Part shown: positions 58,716 to 64,000 of the stretch, piece by piece
Position numbering within the stretch: position 1 is the first letter of the stretch
Layout of the letters: each line of letters begins with the position of its first letter
IMG/VR virus record: IMGVR_UViG_3300013006_001433
Span: 14,159-78,158 of that record
Source: a virus
Direction: 5' to 3' (one strand)
DNA length: 64,000 nucleotides
Notes under the pieces: model-generated
The model's input: the letters and a program-made list of their open reading frames with translations, nothing else
What the model was told of the DNA's origin: nothing
Database searches by the model: none
Translations under genes and position numbers: made by a program

Positions 58716-59822
58716 TTAGTTTGTGCCAGTTGGAACACCAATAAATAATCCCTTATCAGTTTCGCTTGGTCCGCCCAAGAATGCTGAATATTCTAAAGAG
58801 ATTGATTTATTTGCTCCGATTGAACTTGTGAATGATTGAGATGTTAGTTTAGCTCCTCTTAGAGTATATGATAATGCTCTTTTTTGAGCTCCACCTTCGC
58901 AAGTTTTTGGAGATAACATATTGATTGTTAGATCTGCATCTGAACAATCAGAAGCAATTACTGCGGAGAGATTTTCTGCTTCGATATCTCCAAGTACTGC
59001 GTTAATTGATGCGCTAACTGTTACTGGGAATGTGATTTCTCTTGAGAAAGCAAATCTATTTCCTAATTTTTGAATTGGATCTCTTCCAAGATCAAAACTA
59101 ATTGTAAAGTCTTGAATTTTTAGATCTTCTTCTACTACTCCCTTAGCACCAGAGAATGTTACTGTGATATCGCCTGGTCTTAAAGCTGTAAATCCAGATC
59201 CAGTTGTTAAACCAGAAATGGCGAAAATTCCAGTAGCATCACTTCCATCTGCAGGATTAATTGCTGGTACGACTCCAGTGGTTTTATCATAGAATCTCAT
59301 ATTTAAACCTTCTACTGAAACTGAAACGGTTGGGAAACTTCCTACTGCAGCATTAATACTATAAGAAGTTAATCCTGCATTTCCAATTCCAATAACTTTT
59401 CCATTTCCAGTTACGTCTGCTTGATTTAAATTAGCGTCTGTTCCTTCTGGAGCAACTACGATATAATAATTTTTAACATCTTGAGCGCTTGCTCCACCAC
59501 TAAGAATATTTCTAAGAGCTGGAATACCACTTCCACCAACGCTGGAATCTACGGCTAAACCTAGAGTTGTTTCGTTTTCACCAGAATTTGCATAGTAAGT
59601 AAAATCCATACTAACTGTTGGAGCTTCAAGAATAACTTGATCAATTGCACCGATTTGTCCATATTGATTTACATTTTGTCTGGCAATATTAAAACTATAG
59701 TTTGCGCTTTGTACGCGATTTAATTGTTTTGATCTTGGAGCAGCGTCTGCGACGCTACTTCCACCTCCACTTGGTCCTACAAAAATTGCTTCTGATTGAT
59801 AAATTACTCTTTTTCTTGGCAT
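58716..59822 (-). CDS. major tail tube protein
   Basis: Follows the neck/terminator genes, has a strong SD (AAGGAG) and its own terminator. Two internally similar beta-rich halves. Confidence 0.75.
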   Translation of the reverse strand: MPRKRVIYQSEAIFVGPSGGGSSVADAAPRSKQLNRVQSANYSFNIARQNVNQYGQIGAIDQVILEAPTVSMDFTYYANSGENETTLGLAVDSSVGGSGIPALRNILSGGASAQDVKNYYIVVAPEGTDANLNQADVTGNGKVIGIGNAGLTSYSINAAVGSFPTVSVSVEGLNMRFYDKTTGVVPAINPADGSDATGIFAISGLTTGSGFTALRPGDITVTFSGAKGVVEEDLKIQDFTISFDLGRDPIQKLGNRFAFSREITFPVTVSASINAVLGDIEAENLSAVIASDCSDADLTINMLSPKTCEGGAQKRALSYTLRGAKLTSQSFTSSIGANKSISLEYSAFLGGPSETDKGLFIGVPTGTN

Positions 59823-59882
59823 ATAAAAATTCTCCTTAAGTTATACTCTTTATTACATTGTTTTTAAAGCAAAGAGAAATAA

Positions 59883-60737
59883 TTATGCATGTGGATATCT
59901 GAAATCTGATAGTTCAAAGTCCACAAAAGCACTAAATATTTCTGGATTAACGTTATTTTGATATTCGTACCTATAGGGTATAATTTTACTAACGTTGACA
60001 GTTTTAACATAGATTAAATTTGGATTAACTATACCAGAAACAAGATTAATATAATTAAAATTATTATTCTTGGTTATACCATAATTATCAAAAGGCATAT
60101 TGTCTTGTGATATTAAAGGCATATTTTTTCTGGCTGTATCTCTTAAAATGGAGCAAACTGCGTCCAAAGAGAACAAATTATCTGCCATTACTATTGCTCT
60201 TACTTGTAATAAAGTCTCATCTTGACCACCTAAAGCGAATGGTTTATTTTGACCACCATTGTTTTTTAAAAATATAGCTGGATAAGTTAATGCTGAAGTA
60301 GATATTCCAGTAGGATTTTGTGTTACTTTAGGGTTAATTTCAAATTTTGTTTCAAATATTAATTGTTCTTCGGCTAAACTAGTTAAATATATATTAAAAT
60401 CTTTCACAGCATAGTTACCACTTATGCCACTACCAGCTGGATCAGAAGAAAAGAAAGCATATCCTACATTTGGATTAATACCAGAAAACCCACTAGTTCC
60501 TGGGGTTATATATGTGCCATTCAAATATATGCCAGACATTAAATTGACACCACTAATAGATGCATCTACTACGACTTGCTTAAATGGTAAACTATAAGTA
60601 TAAAATCCATTAACCAAACTATCAACTGGATAAAAATTACCAGAATAATTAGTAAAAGCTTCACCTTTAGATAATATTTGATTATCTAACCAAAGAAGCA
60701 TGTTCGACATTACTATATTATCAACTTGTGATTTCAT
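59883..60737 (-). CDS. putative tail terminator / tail completion protein
   Basis: Synteny just upstream of the tube gene. YPAIFL...PFALGG motif. Confidence 0.5.
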   Translation of the reverse strand: MKSQVDNIVMSNMLLWLDNQILSKGEAFTNYSGNFYPVDSLVNGFYTYSLPFKQVVVDASISGVNLMSGIYLNGTYITPGTSGFSGINPNVGYAFFSSDPAGSGISGNYAVKDFNIYLTSLAEEQLIFETKFEINPKVTQNPTGISTSALTYPAIFLKNNGGQNKPFALGGQDETLLQVRAIVMADNLFSLDAVCSILRDTARKNMPLISQDNMPFDNYGITKNNNFNYINLVSGIVNPNLIYVKTVNVSKIIPYRYEYQNNVNPEIFSAFVDFELSDFRYPHA

Positions 60738-61330
60738 CTTTTAACTTTCGTATAAAATTTAGTCATTATCTCGTTCATATATGATACAGGTCTAAAGTTG
60801 CCTTGTCTAAAAGTTCTTCTTCCTTGTAGTCCTTTTCCTGATCTACTATTTTTAAACATTCTACCATAAATATATGCTCCAAATCCAGATATGCCATTTT
60901 CTATTCCTCTAATCCAACTGTTTCCTTGTTCAAACGGCAAAGATCCAACTGCTTCAATTTCTTCAATTGAAGGAGCAATAACATCAAATTCAAAAGATAA
61001 ATTAGAATCACTATCAGAAACTTTTGCTTTAGGATTTAAAGTTACAGTATTCAATTTATTTCTTACTGGTTCTGTTGGATTAGATCCTTCTTGAAATCCT
61101 ATATAAGTTGTTAAATTTCCAATTCCATTTAAAGTTTGAGAAATATTTTCTGAATCTGCACCAGCTTCTAATTCTCTAGTTACAGGATGATCATTATAAT
61201 CTTCTAAAAGTTCTTGTTTAATTTTACTCATTTCTTCTTGAGCTTGTTGAAGAGCTTGGTCTTTTATTGAAGAAAGATCAAAACTTTTTAAAGATTTCAT
61301 TAGAACTGATCTATTTATAGACACAGGCAT
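60734..61330 (-). CDS. putative neck / tail completion protein
   Basis: Synteny. HPVT.EL..G, W..GIE.GISG, basic SRSG.GLQ segment. Confidence 0.5.
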   Translation of the reverse strand: MPVSINRSVLMKSLKSFDLSSIKDQALQQAQEEMSKIKQELLEDYNDHPVTRELEAGADSENISQTLNGIGNLTTYIGFQEGSNPTEPVRNKLNTVTLNPKAKVSDSDSNLSFEFDVIAPSIEEIEAVGSLPFEQGNSWIRGIENGISGFGAYIYGRMFKNSRSGKGLQGRRTFRQGNFRPVSYMNEIMTKFYTKVKR

Positions 61331-61779
61331 TATGTTATCTCCTTGATAATAAATTCATAATATTGTTTTGTAAAAAAATATTTTACTGTTCCGCTGGATA
61401 TAACATTAAAAGATTTTCCGTCAAATACAATTTTTTCTGTTTTTTCTTTTGCTATGTAATCTTTAGCAGCAGAATCTACAATCATTGTTACATAATTTTG
61501 ACTTGCAACATAAGCGTTGATATCTGCTATTAAATTTAAATCTTGATTGTTGTTATATTTTACAACAGCATAAAAATCTTGACTTCTTGGAATGTATTCT
61601 ACTTGCTGAGAAGTAGCTTGTCCATTTTGACCATAACCAAATAGTTGAGTATTTGTGTTATTTTTAATTTTTTTAATTGGCTCTTTGTGAACAGTAATAA
61701 GTCTTTTGAATGTATCAAACCATTGAGTTGCCGATTCAGAAAACCAAGCTTCATCATTTGCTGATATAAAGCTTGCCAT
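61330..61779 (-). CDS. putative head closure/stopper protein
   Basis: Synteny. Small beta-rich protein, FDGK.F.V. Confidence 0.5.
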   Translation of the reverse strand: MASFISANDEAWFSESATQWFDTFKRLITVHKEPIKKIKNNTNTQLFGYGQNGQATSQQVEYIPRSQDFYAVVKYNNNQDLNLIADINAYVASQNYVTMIVDSAAKDYIAKEKTEKIVFDGKSFNVISSGTVKYFFTKQYYEFIIKEIT

Positions 61780-61783
61780 AAGT

Positions 61784-62296
61784 TTATAAACTTTCTATAT
61801 TTCTACTGTAGCTATAAGATCTGCCTGGAGCTTCGATTGTATCATCTCCAGCAACTTGAAGAGGGGTAACTGCATTGAGTTCATATTTATCAAGTAACAT
61901 TTTGAGTGCTTCATCTGATTGTTTTTTTAGATCTGAATAAGTTTTAGCTAGTTCATTTTTATTAACTCTTTTTGCTCTGAAACCATTTTGATCTATTTCG
62001 ATTGTGCTATCTGTGCTAGCTGCACCAAGAGCATTACGAAAAAGACGCTCGTAGTAATATACTGTGTATATTTTTTTGAATATGGTTTTTTCATTAATAC
62101 CAAAAGGGTCTTTTGTCTCATCTGAACTGTATATTTCTAAGTTAGTATCGCTAATTAAATATGGTTTACCTAATAGCACATTTAATTTTCCTATATTAGT
62201 TCGTAGCCAGTAAGCTACTGAAGCAATACTTATATCACTTGGCTCGCCTAATTCACGGTATACTTCATCTGCAACGTCTACAATTTTAGTGGTCAT
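61784..62296 (-). CDS. putative head-tail adaptor protein
   Basis: Helical 170-aa protein opening the neck block. Preceded by GTGTAAT (62306-62312). Confidence 0.5.
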   Translation of the reverse strand: MTTKIVDVADEVYRELGEPSDISIASVAYWLRTNIGKLNVLLGKPYLISDTNLEIYSSDETKDPFGINEKTIFKKIYTVYYYERLFRNALGAASTDSTIEIDQNGFRAKRVNKNELAKTYSDLKKQSDEALKMLLDKYELNAVTPLQVAGDDTIEAPGRSYSYSRNIESL

Positions 62297-62329
62297 ATAA
62301 TAGATATTACACTATATAATAATGATTTT

Positions 62330-63226
62330 TTAGCTCAAATTCAAAAATGGATATAAAAATTGAATAGACCCAGTATTTAAGCCAGAACCATCATCAAGAT
62401 AACTATTATTTTCGCAAAAGCATAGTCTAAGGGTACAACTATCTGCTTTACCAATAGTTCCATCGTTTTGCGGAGTATTTACAAATGTTGGAATTGTTAC
62501 TCTATAAGTTAAAAATTGCCATTGATTAAATACCGAACTTTGGTTTATTTCATCAAGTTTTTTAAATTTTATAATTGGTGAACCGAGCCATTGGTTATAT
62601 GCTTCATAAGTTTTAGCTGGATCATATGTATCAAAAAATGTATAAGTAGAATTATTTCCAAGAAGATTAACTCCACCACCATGTATTATTGAATAATTTA
62701 AATAGCTATTAAAGGAAGCTGATTTTGTAAAATGTATAGCAATTGCTCCAAAATTTAATGATCTCATTGGGTCATTACTAGTTACTTTATAAAAACATCC
62801 AAAATCAACATAAGTTTGAGTAGTAATTGAAACAGAATTAGCGACTATAGTGTACATACTCCAATCATTAGCAAGATTTGTTGTGCCTATAGGATTTTTT
62901 GTAATATTTCTTTCTCTTCCAACTCCTAATCGTGAGCCAATTCCTGCAGCTTTTAAACAATGAATATTTCCTCCTCCAGCTGGTATACTTTCGGCGCTGT
63001 CATCTGATTTTAAATAAAATTTTACAAATACACCATAATATGGTGAATATTGACCCCAACCATTTGGAGCTTTTTCTGTCCATTTAGTTACTCCACCTTC
63101 AGTAGGTAAAACTATAAATTCATTATTAGGATATAAAGAATTATTATTTCTTATAGATCTAGGAAGATAAGGAAAAGCTTTATTGCTACTTATAAAACCA
63201 GAAGAAGTTGATGGCAAGACTATCAT
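62330..63226 (-). CDS. putative fibre-tip adhesin (carbohydrate-binding-like)
   Basis: ATGA-coupled to the fibre gene. N-terminal MIVLPSTSSGFISS shared with 33092-33949. Aromatic beta-sandwich-like body. Confidence 0.55.
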   Translation of the reverse strand: MIVLPSTSSGFISSNKAFPYLPRSIRNNNSLYPNNEFIVLPTEGGVTKWTEKAPNGWGQYSPYYGVFVKFYLKSDDSAESIPAGGGNIHCLKAAGIGSRLGVGRERNITKNPIGTTNLANDWSMYTIVANSVSITTQTYVDFGCFYKVTSNDPMRSLNFGAIAIHFTKSASFNSYLNYSIIHGGGVNLLGNNSTYTFFDTYDPAKTYEAYNQWLGSPIIKFKKLDEINQSSVFNQWQFLTYRVTIPTFVNTPQNDGTIGKADSCTLRLCFCENNSYLDDGSGLNTGSIQFLYPFLNLS

Positions 63227-63999
63227 GTGCTAGTATTTCCATACATTATGTATCCATTGTTTCCTGTATGAAGAATTGAAATTGTTGCATATTGAGCTGC
63301 TGTTCTAAATTGATTATTATAACTACTAACTATAACATTAGATCCAATACCAGTAATTAAAACTTGTCCCGAACTAATTTGAATTATTGAAGTATTAAAT
63401 CCAATTGGATTGCCACTAACAATTGATCCAGTTATTATAGTTGGTGAATTAGCAAGTATCACTCTACTATTTTGCGTTCCTGTTATATTGAAGTTTGCTG
63501 AAACATTTAAAAGATTCGGAGTAGCATTAATTAAATTAGAATTATTTAAATCTAAACCAGAAGTAAAATTGCCACTTCCATAGACTGTAAAATTATTACC
63601 AGAAATAACTAAAAAGTCTCCTTGACCAGTATCGCCAAATGTTGTATCTTGTATAAAAGTTTTAGTTCCAGAGATAGTTTGGTTTCCTGTTGTAAAAACA
63701 ATATTACTAGATGTTGAATTTACATAGCCGCTGAGATTGTTTATTCTGGTATTTAAAGTAGAGCCAGTGCTTGCTAGATTAGTGATAGTTGCATAAGTAC
63801 TAGAAGCAGATGAAGTCGTAAGATAATTCCCAGTCAATGTACCGCTAAGTGAATTTATATTAGAATTTAAAGTCGAGCCAGTTGAAGCAAGGTTAGTAAT
63901 CGTTGCGTATGAGCTTAAATTAACTCCAGTAAGTACTGGATTTCCAGAAATATAAATTTGACCAGAAGATTGAACCGTAGAATTAATTAAATTAATCGT
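63223..63999 (-). CDS. tail fibre protein, C-terminal part (5'-truncated by window)
   Basis: The frame stays open from 63837 to the window end (..ISGNPVLTGVNLSSYATITNLASTGSTLN..). Internal repeat YATITNLASTGSTLN x2, V.TTGNQTISG.KTF fibre motif, C-domain shared with gpJ. Confidence 0.8.
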   Translation of the reverse strand, partial: TINLINSTVQSSGQIYISGNPVLTGVNLSSYATITNLASTGSTLNSNINSLSGTLTGNYLTTSSASSTYATITNLASTGSTLNTRINNLSGYVNSTSSNIVFTTGNQTISGTKTFIQDTTFGDTGQGDFLVISGNNFTVYGSGNFTSGLDLNNSNLINATPNLLNVSANFNITGTQNSRVILANSPTIITGSIVSGNPIGFNTSIIQISSGQVLITGIGSNVIVSSYNNQFRTAAQYATISILHTGNNGYIMYGNTST

Positions 64000-64000
64000 A

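Noticed and set aside
2378-61094. Short antisense ORFs in the supplied track (e.g. 2378, 4405, 4494, 14423, 15598, 18127, 20631, 23220, 34115, 38304, 47160, 49361, 52984, 56349, 60891)
   Set aside because: They lie opposite well-supported genes, have no recognisable motifs and are expected shadow ORFs.
1-64000. Alternative genetic code (stop-codon reassignment)
   Set aside because: Long genes are intact under code 11, and TAA, TGA and TAG all occur as terminal stops.

Overview
AT-rich 64 kb segment of a large tailed dsDNA bacteriophage, standard genetic code, with a long non-contractile lambda-like tail tip. No rRNA, tRNA, CRISPR array or IS element is evident. Layout: (1) 1-5.3 kb: glycosyltransferase, small genes and class Ia ribonucleotide reductase (nrdAB, minus strand). 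(2) 5.45-5.74 kb: a GC-richer, highly structured ~290-nt non-coding RNA candidate with its own sigma70-type promoter. (3) 6.1-17.7 kb: a 13-gene nucleotide-sugar and glycosyltransferase operon (Gmd, ColD-like and Fcl/ColC-like, i.e. a GDP-colitose-type route; RmlB-like, RfbH, a split TPP enzyme pair and a reductase, i.e. a branched 3,6-dideoxysugar route). (4) 17.7-33.1 kb: replication and recombination (RecA/UvsX, DnaB, ThyX, primase, PD-(D/E)XK nucleases, DnaE split into PHP and catalytic genes, DnaQ-like exonuclease, two more GT genes). (5) 33.1-64 kb, mainly minus strand: neck, tail tube, chaperones, a 2569-aa tape measure, tube paralogs, gpM/gpL/gpI/gpJ-like tip proteins and fibre/adhesin pairs. 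Most notable: the structured RNA; a Hint domain at the gpJ N-terminus with no gpK at its usual position; a tape measure with repeat-delimited modules including a nuclease-like domain; duplicated fibre-adhesin docking modules; Ser/Thr-Gly enrichment in virion proteins alongside the rare-sugar operon; and two promoter classes that predict largely leaderless mRNAs. All product calls come from motif recognition and synteny by eye, not from database searches.
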